Positions 18,464 to 27,462 of a DNA stretch of 64,000 nt are shown here, in pieces (positions within the stretch are counted from its first letter, which is position 1; each line of letters begins with the position of its first letter). This stretch comes from an uncultured Eubacteriales bacterium (GTDB lineage Bacteria; Bacillota; Clostridia; Christensenellales; UBA1242). Location: the NCBI GenBank assembly GCA_949031345.1, contig CARNVA010000007.1, positions 8,768 through 72,767 on the forward strand, written 5' to 3'. The translations under genes and the position numbers were made by a program. A model generated the notes under the pieces. The model had not been told where the DNA came from. It saw nothing but the letters and a program-made list of their open reading frames with translations, and searched no databases.

Positions 18464-20485
18464 TTATGCAAGTTTTTCAAACTGGCTGTTGTAAAGTTCT
18501 GCATAGAAACCACCCTTTTCAATTAAATCCTCATGATTGCCACTCTCGATAATATCTCCGTCTTTCATAACTAAAATAAGGTCAGCATTTTTGATGGTGG
18601 AAAGACGGTGCGCAATAATTATGGATGTTCTGTCAATGGTGAGTTTATCCATAGCATTTTGAATAAGCACTTCTGTCCTTGTGTCAACATTACTTGTTGC
18701 TTCATCCAAGATAAGCATTGGCGCATTGTTGACCATAGCCCTTGCAATGGTGACAAGTTGTTTTTGCCCAGCCGACAATGACGCGTCTTCATTTAGAGGC
18801 GTATTGTAACCTTGAGGAAGGGTCTTGATAAAGTGATGCAGCCCCACCGCTTTGCAAGCCTCTTTTACACGCTCAAGTGGAATATCTTTGTTGTTGTAGA
18901 CAATATTGTCATAAATTGTCCCTTCAAAAAGCCAAGTATCTTGAAGCACCATGCAGAACAGATCATGCACATTTTCTCGTGTAAGCGAGTCTGTCGCCAC
19001 CCCATCAATCAAAATCTGCCCGCTGTTTGTTTCATAAAATCGCATCAACAGATTGACCATGGTGGTCTTGCCTGCACCCGTTGGCCCAACAATTGCAATC
19101 TTTTGCCCTGCTTTCGCTTTTGCAGAAAAGTCATTGATGATAATTTTGTCTTTATCATAACCAAAACTTACATGGCTAAACTCAATGTTTCCTTCCACAT
19201 GTTCAAGCACCTCGGTTTTATAGCTTTCATCAGCAAGCTCTCTTTCGCCTAAAAATTCAAACACGCGATAACTTGCCGCCCCAGCCGACTGAAGATTTGA
19301 CATTGCCTGAGCAAAGGTTGAAAGTGGCTGAGTAAATAGTCTTACATAAATCATAAAAGCAACAATGACTTCAAAGCCGACCTTGCCGCTCATAGTCAAG
19401 ACTGCACCTACAACGCACACGGCAACATAACCAAGATTGCCCACAAATCCCATAAGTGAAGGCATAAGCCCACCAAGGAATTGAGACTTCCAAGAGGTCT
19501 TATACATCTCTTTGTTTATTCCGTCAAAGGCTTTGTTGAGTTTGTCTTCGGCATTGTAAGCTTTCACCACATTATGCCCAGAGTAAACCTCCTCAATATG
19601 CCCATTTATTTTACCAAGAAGCTTTTGTTGCCTATTGAAATACTTTTGACTGTTTGCAACAATTACTAAAAGCAGCATAAAGCCAACCACAGAAGCAGCT
19701 ATGGCAACAAGTGCCAAAATCCAACTTGTGACAAACATCATAACGATTGTTCCAACCAACAATGTAATTGCCGACACCAAACTTACAATGCTTTGATTGA
19801 GCGTCTGCCCCAGCGTGTCAACATCATTTGTAACCCTCGACAAAATGTCGCCGTGACTTGTATTATCAAAATATTTGAGCGGAAGCTTGTTGATTTTCTT
19901 TGAAATGTCAGTCCTCATCTTCTTGGTGACTTTTTGAGTGACAGTCGCCATGATGAAACCCTGAAGATAGGAAAGTACAACGCTTGAAGCATAAAACGCA
20001 ACCAAGGTAAAAGCAATTGAGGTGATGAGTTTTAAATCCATGTTTCCGCCAATCCCTTTCATAATTGCCTCGGTCATGTCACTCATCTTGTCAGGCCCTA
20101 AAATAGTAAACACCGTGCCACCAACCGCAAATAAAAGTGCGATAATGATCGCTGGCAAATATCTACTGCAATAGACAAAAAGTTTGCCCCAAGTATCTCT
20201 AAAACTATGTTTTTCTCTTATAATCTTCGGTTTTTTAGCTTTTTTATTGCTTTTTTGACCATTTTCTTGCAGTTTTTCAATATTTTCGTCTAAATTTTGA
20301 TTTTCCTCTGCAAATTTTTCTACTACATCTTCATCAAATTCTTCATTCTCAGTTTCTATTTTATCAGCTTCCATTTTGACAGCTGACATATCAACTTCTT
20401 TTAAATTTTCTGTATTTTCGCCCGTCACATCGTTCTGATTGGATTCAGGCAGGCTTGGAGAAATTTGTTTTAAATCATCTTTCAT
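18464..20485 (-). CDS. ABC exporter permease/ATPase subunit (consensus ATPase site) with an acidic N-terminal extension of about 95 aa
   Basis: Six-TM domain plus an NBD with Walker A GPTGAGKTT, signature LSAGQ, Walker B LILDEATS and H-loop IIAHR. The start overlaps the upstream stop (ATGA at 20482..20485). Confidence 0.9.
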   Translation of the reverse strand: MKDDLKQISPSLPESNQNDVTGENTENLKEVDMSAVKMEADKIETENEEFDEDVVEKFAEENQNLDENIEKLQENGQKSNKKAKKPKIIREKHSFRDTWGKLFVYCSRYLPAIIIALLFAVGGTVFTILGPDKMSDMTEAIMKGIGGNMDLKLITSIAFTLVAFYASSVVLSYLQGFIMATVTQKVTKKMRTDISKKINKLPLKYFDNTSHGDILSRVTNDVDTLGQTLNQSIVSLVSAITLLVGTIVMMFVTSWILALVAIAASVVGFMLLLVIVANSQKYFNRQQKLLGKINGHIEEVYSGHNVVKAYNAEDKLNKAFDGINKEMYKTSWKSQFLGGLMPSLMGFVGNLGYVAVCVVGAVLTMSGKVGFEVIVAFMIYVRLFTQPLSTFAQAMSNLQSAGAASYRVFEFLGERELADESYKTEVLEHVEGNIEFSHVSFGYDKDKIIINDFSAKAKAGQKIAIVGPTGAGKTTMVNLLMRFYETNSGQILIDGVATDSLTRENVHDLFCMVLQDTWLFEGTIYDNIVYNNKDIPLERVKEACKAVGLHHFIKTLPQGYNTPLNEDASLSAGQKQLVTIARAMVNNAPMLILDEATSNVDTRTEVLIQNAMDKLTIDRTSIIIAHRLSTIKNADLILVMKDGDIIESGNHEDLIEKGGFYAELYNSQFEKLA

Positions 20486-22236
20486 TTGTCAAGTTCCTCC
20501 TTTGATAATTGTGATAGAGCTATTTCACGATAAACTTCACATGAAGCCAAAAGATCTTTGTGTTTGCCAATTCCAACGACATCTCCTGCGTCAAGTACGA
20601 TAATCTTGTCAGCATCCTTGATTGTGCCTATTCGCTGTGCCACGATAAATGTTATGGCATCAGCAGTCTTTGACTTAAGTTGCTTTCTCAGCACCCTGTC
20701 CGTCTTATAGTCAAGTGCCGAAAAGCTGTCGTCAAATATGAATATCTCTGGCTTTCTGGCAATTGCTCGCGCAATGGCCATTCTCTGTTTCTGCCCGCCA
20801 GAGAAATTTGTTCCACCTTGCGCAACTCTCGCATCATAGCCCTCTGGCAATTTATCAATAAATTTCTTTGCCTGTGCAATTTCTGCAGCGTCTGCAATAT
20901 CCTCATCGCTTTTCTCGCCCTTGCCATTGTCACCAAAGTCAAGATTTGACTTGATTGTTCCTGCAAACATGACAGCCCGCTGAGGCACATAACCAATCTT
21001 ATTGTGAAGCGCTTTTTGCTCGTAGTCTTTGACATTGACCCCGTCAATCAAAATTTCGCCATCAGTCGCGTCATAAAATCTTGGAATAAGATTGATAAGG
21101 GTGCTTTTTCCACTGCCAGTCGAGCCAATAAAAGCCACTGTTTCACCTTTGCGTGCGGTAAACGAGACATCTCTTACAACATATTCTTCTGCATCAGGAT
21201 ATTTGAAACTTACATTTTTAAATTCAACAATTCCCAAATTTTCAACAGCTGTCTCTTTGCCGTCAAGAATTTTAGGCTTTGTATCAAGCACCTCATTGAT
21301 ACGCTTTGCAGAAACGCTCGCTCTTGGCAAAAGCATGAAAATCATGATAAGCATCATGAAGGACATGACCACCTGCATAGCGTAAGAAATATATACAACC
21401 ATATCACTGAAAAGTTGAATTTTGCCGGGGATAGATGCTGAATTAATGAGATAAGCACCAATCCAATATATAGCCAAAGTAAGCCCACTTGCAATCAGCG
21501 TCATTCCAGGATTCATAATTGCCATGACCCTTCCTGTGAAAAGATGTGTTTTTGTCAGCTCGTTGTTCACCTTTTCAAACTTTGCTTCTTGATAGCTTTC
21601 TGCATTGTAAGCTCGTACCACCCTAAGGCCCTCAAGATTTTCACGAGTAGAGCTGTTTAAATTGTCAGTAAGTTTTTGAATTTTCTTAAATCTTGGCACA
21701 GCAAAGATGATTACTACGCCCAGCATGACAATCAAAATAGCCACCGCAACAGCTGTAGCCACCGACCATTGCCAGCCCTTGTTTGCAATCTTGCAAATTG
21801 CCCACACTGCCATAACTGGTGCTTTGACCAAAAGTTGCAAGGAAAGTGTCATTGCCATTTGCACCTGACTGACATCATTTGTGGTCCTTGTGATAAGACT
21901 TGATGTTGAGAAGTTTTTAATCTCCTCCATTGAGAAAGACTCCACCTTATCATAAACTCCCTGCCTCATACGATAGGAAAGCACCGCCGAAACTCTTGAT
22001 GCAATAAAACTGACAACAACGGCCGTCAAAAGACTGCCCAGCGCACAGGCAAGCATCAGTCCGCCAGCTTCCCAAACCTCATTCATCTTGCTGCCCTCTG
22101 TCTGAACAAGAGTGGTGATTTTTGACATATAATCAGGAAGTTTTAAATCAAGCCAAACTTGAAATATGATTAAGCCAAAGCTCAGCACAATAAAAACCCA
22201 TTCTTTTGCCTTTAAAAAGCGAAACAACCTAAGCAT
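20482..22236 (-). CDS. ABC exporter permease/ATPase subunit (degenerate ATPase site)
   Basis: Walker A GSTGSGKST, signature FSGGQ, Walker B IFIFDDSFS (Asp replaces the catalytic Glu), switch region IVAQR (Gln replaces His). SD AAAGGAGAA. Confidence 0.9.
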   Translation of the reverse strand: MLRLFRFLKAKEWVFIVLSFGLIIFQVWLDLKLPDYMSKITTLVQTEGSKMNEVWEAGGLMLACALGSLLTAVVVSFIASRVSAVLSYRMRQGVYDKVESFSMEEIKNFSTSSLITRTTNDVSQVQMAMTLSLQLLVKAPVMAVWAICKIANKGWQWSVATAVAVAILIVMLGVVIIFAVPRFKKIQKLTDNLNSSTRENLEGLRVVRAYNAESYQEAKFEKVNNELTKTHLFTGRVMAIMNPGMTLIASGLTLAIYWIGAYLINSASIPGKIQLFSDMVVYISYAMQVVMSFMMLIMIFMLLPRASVSAKRINEVLDTKPKILDGKETAVENLGIVEFKNVSFKYPDAEEYVVRDVSFTARKGETVAFIGSTGSGKSTLINLIPRFYDATDGEILIDGVNVKDYEQKALHNKIGYVPQRAVMFAGTIKSNLDFGDNGKGEKSDEDIADAAEIAQAKKFIDKLPEGYDARVAQGGTNFSGGQKQRMAIARAIARKPEIFIFDDSFSALDYKTDRVLRKQLKSKTADAITFIVAQRIGTIKDADKIIVLDAGDVVGIGKHKDLLASCEVYREIALSQLSKEELDK

Positions 22237-22403
22237 TTTTTCTCCTTTTATTAGTTTTAATTGTAAAAATTAGACTAATGTATACTATACAAAATTATAA
22301 AAAAATTGTCAATCAAATAAAAAATCTAATTTGCAAATATGTCATAAAAGATATATTCAATAAAACTAATAAATGACAAAATCAAGAAATATTTTTTTAT
22401 TAA

Positions 22404-22432
22404 AAACAAAAAAGGTGAAAAATTCACCTTTT
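22404..22432 (-). terminator. Rho-independent terminator after the ArsR-like gene
   Basis: Minus strand reads AAAAGGTGAA-TTT-TTCACCTTTT followed by TTGTTTTT. Confidence 0.65.
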
Positions 22433-22460
22433 ATTTACAAAACCGTCAAATTAAAAAATC

Positions 22461-22979
22461 TTATTCCATTGCTCTTGTAAGTTTTTCTGCGCCTGTGAGT
22501 ATTAAAACAACCGCACTGATATATTTTGGTGTAACAAAATATTGGTCATTTTCTTTTGTTATCACGCCTATTTTATCAAGATATGAAAGATGATGATAAA
22601 GCTTGCCAGTTGTTTGATATTGCAGGTTTTCCATAAGTGCCTTAATTGACAAACGCTCCTGCATTAGATTTTTAATTATATCAAGCCTTTCCTCACTTGC
22701 AAAAGCATCAATCACCTTGGCCATTTCAAAAGAATTTATTTTAAACAATGATGAAATTGTATTTGAATCAGCGCCAAAGGTTGAGCCAAAAGACTCATCT
22801 TTTGAATTATATCGCCCTACATAAGCAAATTTGCCCATTGGCATTTCGCTTGGCTGGATGGTGCAATTATGAATTGTCTCCTTCCTTTCTTTTCTATTCT
22901 CCCCCTTTTCACATTCAAGTTTTGTCAGCCTTGACTCTATTCCCTCTAATTGAGCCAAAATAATATCAATTTTATCCAC
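22461..22979 (-). CDS. ArsR/SmtB-type winged-helix regulator with an N-terminal coiled-coil extension (172 aa, GTG start)
   Basis: The C-terminal half, FASEERLDIIKNLMQERLSIKALMENLQYQTTGKLYHHLSYLDKIGVI, fits the ArsR wHTH pattern. GTG at 22979 is preceded by GGGGGA 8 nt upstream. Confidence 0.6.
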   Translation of the reverse strand: MDKIDIILAQLEGIESRLTKLECEKGENRKERKETIHNCTIQPSEMPMGKFAYVGRYNSKDESFGSTFGADSNTISSLFKINSFEMAKVIDAFASEERLDIIKNLMQERLSIKALMENLQYQTTGKLYHHLSYLDKIGVITKENDQYFVTPKYISAVVLILTGAEKLTRAME

Positions 22980-23083
22980 AATATTTCCCCCTTTTTAAAC
23001 TTTTCATATTTACGAATGAATAATTCTATTTTGCCTTAACTTGGTTTAATCATTACAAAATAGAGCTGTTTTAGCAATGTTTC

Positions 23084-23124
23084 GTAATTATGTAATTTCA
23101 TAATATCATAATTTCATAATTATG
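23084..23124. repeat. Nested short direct repeats upstream of the ArsR-like gene
   Basis: TCATAAT occurs 3 times at an exact 8-bp period (23097, 23105, 23113). TAATTTCATAAT occurs twice (23092, 23108). TAATTATGT occurs twice (23084, 23116). Confidence 0.85.
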
Positions 23125-23198
23125 TCAATAGTCTTAAATGGTTTTTTAAAAAATTTTGCTCCTTATTTTATATTGAATATAAATATAATCAACTAAGA

Positions 23199-24488
23199 TT
23201 ATACACAAGGATGAGGACAATTGGTGCAAGAATGAAGATTGCTTTTATCTATCACTTCAATTTTTCCCTTTCTATTATAAAAGACTGGGCAGGCAAACTT
23301 TTTTAAATCAATTTTAGCCAAAGAGTTGTCAAGTTTAAGCAGATGATTAAACGCCAAATCAAGTCCCCTTTGCGTCATAATGTATACAGGAATTTTTATT
23401 CCTACTTGAGCCATGGAATTTGGAGCAATATATTCTTTTACATATTTTGAAGCACACGACCAAACAATATCTGCACCTTGCCTCATAGAAAGAGCGGCTT
23501 CTTCACTTATGCCAGTTGAGCATAATCCAAACTTAAAAATCTTAACACCATTTTTTTCAAGACTTTTCAACTCTTTGTGTAAAATATTATCCTGCCAAGC
23601 AACTGACACAGCAATATTCTTAAATCCCAGCCTTATCGCTTCTTTTACGCCTGCAAGCTGATCAATCTTTGCAGTATATGGGAAGACTGGAATTATGCCT
23701 GACTCTTCTGCAGTTTTCACAAGCTTAGCTGAAGGACTTGAGTAAAAAAGGCCAGTCATGCGTTTTACAGCACCTTGAGTGTTTGAAGCATTTGTGGTAA
23801 TAATTGTGCCAAGATTGTTTGAAACAATGACGCTGCAATCAAGCCTTCCTGCTTCCATTGCTGAAGAAATTGTCTCTGATGCACCAAACAAAACATTCGC
23901 TTCGCAGGAATTAAGAGGCCTGTTTGTATCAAAATAACCACCTTTAATCACAACCTCATTGATCAGCTTGCACATGTTTTGAGTTTGCTTTTCTTCATCT
24001 TCAATCTGCAAAGTTTTTATCAGCACTTCTGCACTTTCACCACCAACCTCTTTTAAAAGTTTAATCATCAGCGGGCAATATTTAATGGGAATAGGCGTAG
24101 CCTTGACCGCCTGCAATATTTCACCTTTCTTTTGAAGGACTACAAAACTTCCAAACATTCGTGATACATGAAGTTCTTTCTTCTCATAAAAAGCCCTCAC
24201 CCCCTCACAAATCAATTTCAAAATCTTTTCTTCAAAGGCTGATAAGGTTATCTTTAAGTCATCCCCCTCTCTATCAACACCTATTACAACAGTTTCACTT
24301 TCATGACTGGCACTTTTAAGCAGTTTTTTTATAAAAATTTCAATACCTTCATTCTGCCATTCATTAAGCCCCAACACCTCTTCAGCTTTAAAAAATCTTT
24401 CAAGTTTTGGACTATTTAAATGAAACAAAATTTCAGTTTTATTTTCCTCTATAGTCAAAGTATATTCAGTATATTTCTTTATTTCCAT
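23199..24488 (-). CDS. Uncharacterised protein (429 aa) with a C-terminal Cys motif; divergent from a LysR regulator
   Basis: ATG at 24488 with AGGAGA 7 nt upstream; the track start at 24524 is unsupported. The C-terminal half looks alpha/beta. It ends in HSCTNCPHPCV. Confidence 0.6.
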   Translation of the reverse strand: MEIKKYTEYTLTIEENKTEILFHLNSPKLERFFKAEEVLGLNEWQNEGIEIFIKKLLKSASHESETVVIGVDREGDDLKITLSAFEEKILKLICEGVRAFYEKKELHVSRMFGSFVVLQKKGEILQAVKATPIPIKYCPLMIKLLKEVGGESAEVLIKTLQIEDEEKQTQNMCKLINEVVIKGGYFDTNRPLNSCEANVLFGASETISSAMEAGRLDCSVIVSNNLGTIITTNASNTQGAVKRMTGLFYSSPSAKLVKTAEESGIIPVFPYTAKIDQLAGVKEAIRLGFKNIAVSVAWQDNILHKELKSLEKNGVKIFKFGLCSTGISEEAALSMRQGADIVWSCASKYVKEYIAPNSMAQVGIKIPVYIMTQRGLDLAFNHLLKLDNSLAKIDLKKFACPVFYNRKGKIEVIDKSNLHSCTNCPHPCV

Positions 24489-24506
24489 AATTTTCTCCTT
24501 TCCTTC

Positions 24507-24549
24507 ACTTGCATTATACTCCACTTCTATGATAAAATAAAATATATAT
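24507..24549 (-). promoter_or_regulatory. Promoter module ATATATATTTTA-N19-TATAATGCAAGT (copy 1), upstream of the 429-aa gene
   Basis: Plus strand carries ACTTGCATTATA at 24507..24518 and TAAAATATATAT at 24538..24549. Both 12-mers recur with the same 19-nt spacing at 32657..32699. An ATGAT-N14-ATCAT dyad (24529..24552) overlaps the module. Confidence 0.5.
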
Positions 24550-24588
24550 CATTTATGTCAAATATAAATACAGTTTATGGAGAAAAAT

Positions 24589-25482
24589 ATGAATATCAGT
24601 CTTGACGCCTACAAAATATTTTATACAGTCGCCTTAAATGGAAGTATTTCAAAGGGCGCTGAAGAGCTTATGATATCTCAACCTGCCGTCAGTTGGCAAA
24701 TACATACACTTGAAGGACAGCTTGGGTTGCCTTTATTTATTCGCACTAAAAAAGGTGTAGTTTTGACAGAAGAGGGTAAGGTTTTGTTTGAATATATAAA
24801 ACAAGGCATAGAAAGTTTTACAAATGCTGAAAACATTCTGACCAACATGAAAAATATGGATTATGGCACCATCAGAATTGGTGCAAGCACCACTGTCAGT
24901 CAACACGTGCTTATGCCATACTTAGAAAAGTTTCACAAAACCTATCCAAATATAGAAATAGATATTGTCAACACCCTCACAAAAGACCTTGTCAGTCAGC
25001 TCAGAAAGGGAAACCTTGACCTTTTGCTTTTAAATCTGCCCTGCGAAGAGGCAAGTGACCTTAAAGTGCAAAAACTTCTTTCTGTGCACGACATTTTTGT
25101 TGGCAACAAAGATTTTTATGAAATGACGGGAGGAGAAATTGAATTAAATAAGCTGAAAGACTATCCAACCATATTCCAAAAAAGGCCATCAAACACACGC
25201 AACTTTCTTGACAACTATCTCAAAGCAAACAACACCTCCCTTCTCCCTAAAATGGAAGTAGTAAGCTATAATCTCATAATGGAGCTTGTAAAAATTGGCT
25301 TTGGAATAGGTTATGCCACTAAAGAGTTTGCCCAAAAAGAGCTTGAAAGAAGGGAATTGTTTGAGATAAATATTTCACCCGCCCTGCCTGAAAGGCATAT
25401 TGGAGTTGTCACCCTTAAAAACCAAATTCCAAATTACAGCACCAAAAAACTTATTGAGCTTATGCTTAACAAAAATGCTTAA
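24589..25482 (+). CDS. LysR-family transcriptional regulator
   Basis: N-terminal HTH FYTVALNGSISKGAEELMISQPAVSWQIHTLEGQLGLPLFIR plus a substrate-binding domain. ATG at 24589 is preceded by GGAG. Confidence 0.9.
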   Translation: MNISLDAYKIFYTVALNGSISKGAEELMISQPAVSWQIHTLEGQLGLPLFIRTKKGVVLTEEGKVLFEYIKQGIESFTNAENILTNMKNMDYGTIRIGASTTVSQHVLMPYLEKFHKTYPNIEIDIVNTLTKDLVSQLRKGNLDLLLLNLPCEEASDLKVQKLLSVHDIFVGNKDFYEMTGGEIELNKLKDYPTIFQKRPSNTRNFLDNYLKANNTSLLPKMEVVSYNLIMELVKIGFGIGYATKEFAQKELERRELFEINISPALPERHIGVVTLKNQIPNYSTKKLIELMLNKNA

Positions 25483-25498
25483 ACTAGTTTATAAAAAC

Positions 25499-25534
25499 AA
25501 AAAAAAACATATTAGTCATCTAATATGTTTTTAT
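25499..25534. terminator. Bidirectional rho-independent terminator
   Basis: Perfect 11-bp stem AAACATATTAG-TCAT-CTAATATGTTT, flanked by an A-run and a T-run, between convergent genes. Confidence 0.75.
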
Positions 25535-25591
25535 TTATTGTCAAATGCGTTTGTTTTATTTTAATAGTTATGTTTTTACAATTCGCCTAAA

Positions 25592-26068
25592 TCAATTTCC
25601 CTTCTTTTGGGTGATTTTTGCACCACAGCTTGAACACTTGTTCTCTTTTGGATTGATCTTGCTTCCGCAATATTCACAATAAACATCTTCTTTCTTTTGG
25701 TTAAGCTCCACCCCAGTGACTTGGGTGAATACATCGCTCAGTCTTGAGCCGATATTGCTGAGATTTGAGCCATTTGTGCTGGTTATCGCTTTATGTGCGC
25801 TTGTCGCTGCTGCAACAATTCCAAAAACCATAAGTCCGCCACCTACTGCAAGAAACAATCCACCAATAAGCATTCCTACGCCTGACATTATGGTCGCATT
25901 TTTATCTACTGACGCTTCAAACCAGCCGTCTTCCATCATACCAGGCAAAGATATTCCTTTCCCACCAGTAATTCTTATTATTCCAAATATCGCAAGCACA
26001 ATCCCAATAACAATTGGGATTAAGCACAAAAGTCTGAGCGCTTTTTTATTCTTTTTCTTCTCTTCCAT
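25592..26068 (-). CDS. Membrane protein with a C-terminal zinc-ribbon (158 aa)
   Basis: Two TM helices, then CEYCGSKINPKENKCSSCGAKI (CxxC-N10-CxxC). SD GGAGTG. Confidence 0.6.
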   Translation of the reverse strand: MEEKKKNKKALRLLCLIPIVIGIVLAIFGIIRITGGKGISLPGMMEDGWFEASVDKNATIMSGVGMLIGGLFLAVGGGLMVFGIVAAATSAHKAITSTNGSNLSNIGSRLSDVFTQVTGVELNQKKEDVYCEYCGSKINPKENKCSSCGAKITQKKGN

Positions 26069-26114
26069 TATTCACTCCATTTAACAATAATAAATTATTT
26101 AGATAGCTTGCAAA

Positions 26115-26684
26115 CTATTCTTTTTCGTCCTCATTACTGTATAATGTAAGACATTCTTTTTGATATTCCTTTAAATTTCCTGCCAAACTTGTGTTTGAAA
26201 GCTCATCAAGATTGTTTGCAAAATCAAAAAGTGTTTCTGCCATGGTTTGCAGGCGAACACCCTGCCAAATCTCCTTTTTGTAAAACTTTCCATTTTCATC
26301 TGAAGGGTTGAGCATTAAATATTGCATGCTGGCATTTGGCTTTACATTATGAAAGCTGAATTGCAATCCAGCAATATTGACCATCATAGCCTTTTCGGCA
26401 GCGTCATAACAAAAGGTGGCGTTTTCTACATCATTGGCAATCAGCCCATCAATGCCACTGTTGACAGAAAGTTTGAAATTGTAAGAAACATCTTTGTGAG
26501 ATTTTACATAAGTGTTGATAAGATTGATTGATGCAAAGTATAAAAATGCGTCAGCGGTGTTTGTGATAAACATTGTTTTTAGGTTTGCCTTTGCCCGAAT
26601 ATACGACTCCCTTGAAACCTCTTCTTTTTGTGTATTTTCTTTTATAATCTTTTTCAAATCCTTTATATTTTCAAGTTTAAACAC
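26115..26684 (-). CDS. Hypothetical protein (189 aa, GTG start)
   Basis: GTG at 26684 is preceded by AAGGAGGG 6 nt upstream. No recognisable family. Confidence 0.55.
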   Translation of the reverse strand: MFKLENIKDLKKIIKENTQKEEVSRESYIRAKANLKTMFITNTADAFLYFASINLINTYVKSHKDVSYNFKLSVNSGIDGLIANDVENATFCYDAAEKAMMVNIAGLQFSFHNVKPNASMQYLMLNPSDENGKFYKKEIWQGVRLQTMAETLFDFANNLDELSNTSLAGNLKEYQKECLTLYSNEDEKE

Positions 26685-26849
26685 GCTTTTCCCTCCTTTG
26701 CAATACTTTTTAATATTTTAACATATGCATTTTTGATAAGTCAATACAAATTTAAATCTTATAAAATAATGCTAAAATTTGCATTTTTAAAATTTTTAAT
26801 TTTTTAAACTATTTTTTCTCTTAAAATCTGCTTATTTAATAAAACAGCT

Positions 26850-27446
26850 TTATTCAAGCTCTAATCCGCTTTCTTTTTTAAACCATTCATTAAATTCAAC
26901 AAAAGGGTTTACATAGCCGTCATTTCTATTTGCACGCTCTTCATCAGTCATCTCCGCCATGGTCTTTTGGCAATTTTTAGGTATAAAAACATACCACAAA
27001 TCAGACCACTTTTGATCAGTATCATTGCCACGTATTTCTGTTGACAAGGTCCCTTTTACATATCCAAAAAACTTCTTAACCTGCCTGCCGTCAAAATAGG
27101 CAAGGCATTCTTTAAAATAACACTCCCTATTGTTTACATCTTTCATTATTTCAAGCAGCCCATCAATGCCCATTTTATTTAAAAGTTCTCTTTTAGGAAA
27201 TGCACCCGGAAAATCAGGCTTTCCTGGAAAGGCTGGAATATAAAATCCTGCATCAAGAGAAATGCAAGGTTTTTTCACCCTTTCATAAGCCTGTCTCACT
27301 TTATATTCTGCAATATATTCTATATCATTGACTTCTGGTTCTGCAATGTCATATTCAAAGTGTTTAAGTTCGATATTTTTTTCTATATGCTTCTTCGCTG
27401 AGGCCACCTTGCCCATATTTGATGTTACAAATATAATTTCTTTCAT
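26850..27446 (-). CDS. Ham1/ITPase-like (non-canonical NTP pyrophosphatase superfamily) protein, divergent
   Basis: IIFVTSNMGKVASAKK...ISLDAGFYIPAFPGKPDFPG...RECYFKECLAYF fits the Ham1 pattern (xTxNxxK, DDSGL-like, R-A-F-like). The C-terminal SHR-type motif is not evident. ATG at 27446 with GGAGAG SD. Confidence 0.5.
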   Translation of the reverse strand: MKEIIFVTSNMGKVASAKKHIEKNIELKHFEYDIAEPEVNDIEYIAEYKVRQAYERVKKPCISLDAGFYIPAFPGKPDFPGAFPKRELLNKMGIDGLLEIMKDVNNRECYFKECLAYFDGRQVKKFFGYVKGTLSTEIRGNDTDQKWSDLWYVFIPKNCQKTMAEMTDEERANRNDGYVNPFVEFNEWFKKESGLELE

Positions 27447-27462
27447 AAATCTCTCCACTTCT

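Noticed and set aside
22972-22980. A perfect DnaA box (TTATCCACA) overlapping the GTG start of the ArsR-like gene, plus 7/9 matches at 8605..8613 and 8625..8633 and an 8/9 match near 63640.
   Set aside because: About one perfect 9-mer is expected by chance in 64 kb when both strands are counted. The sites are isolated rather than clustered next to an AT-rich unwinding element, so I do not call an origin or a DnaA-box cluster.
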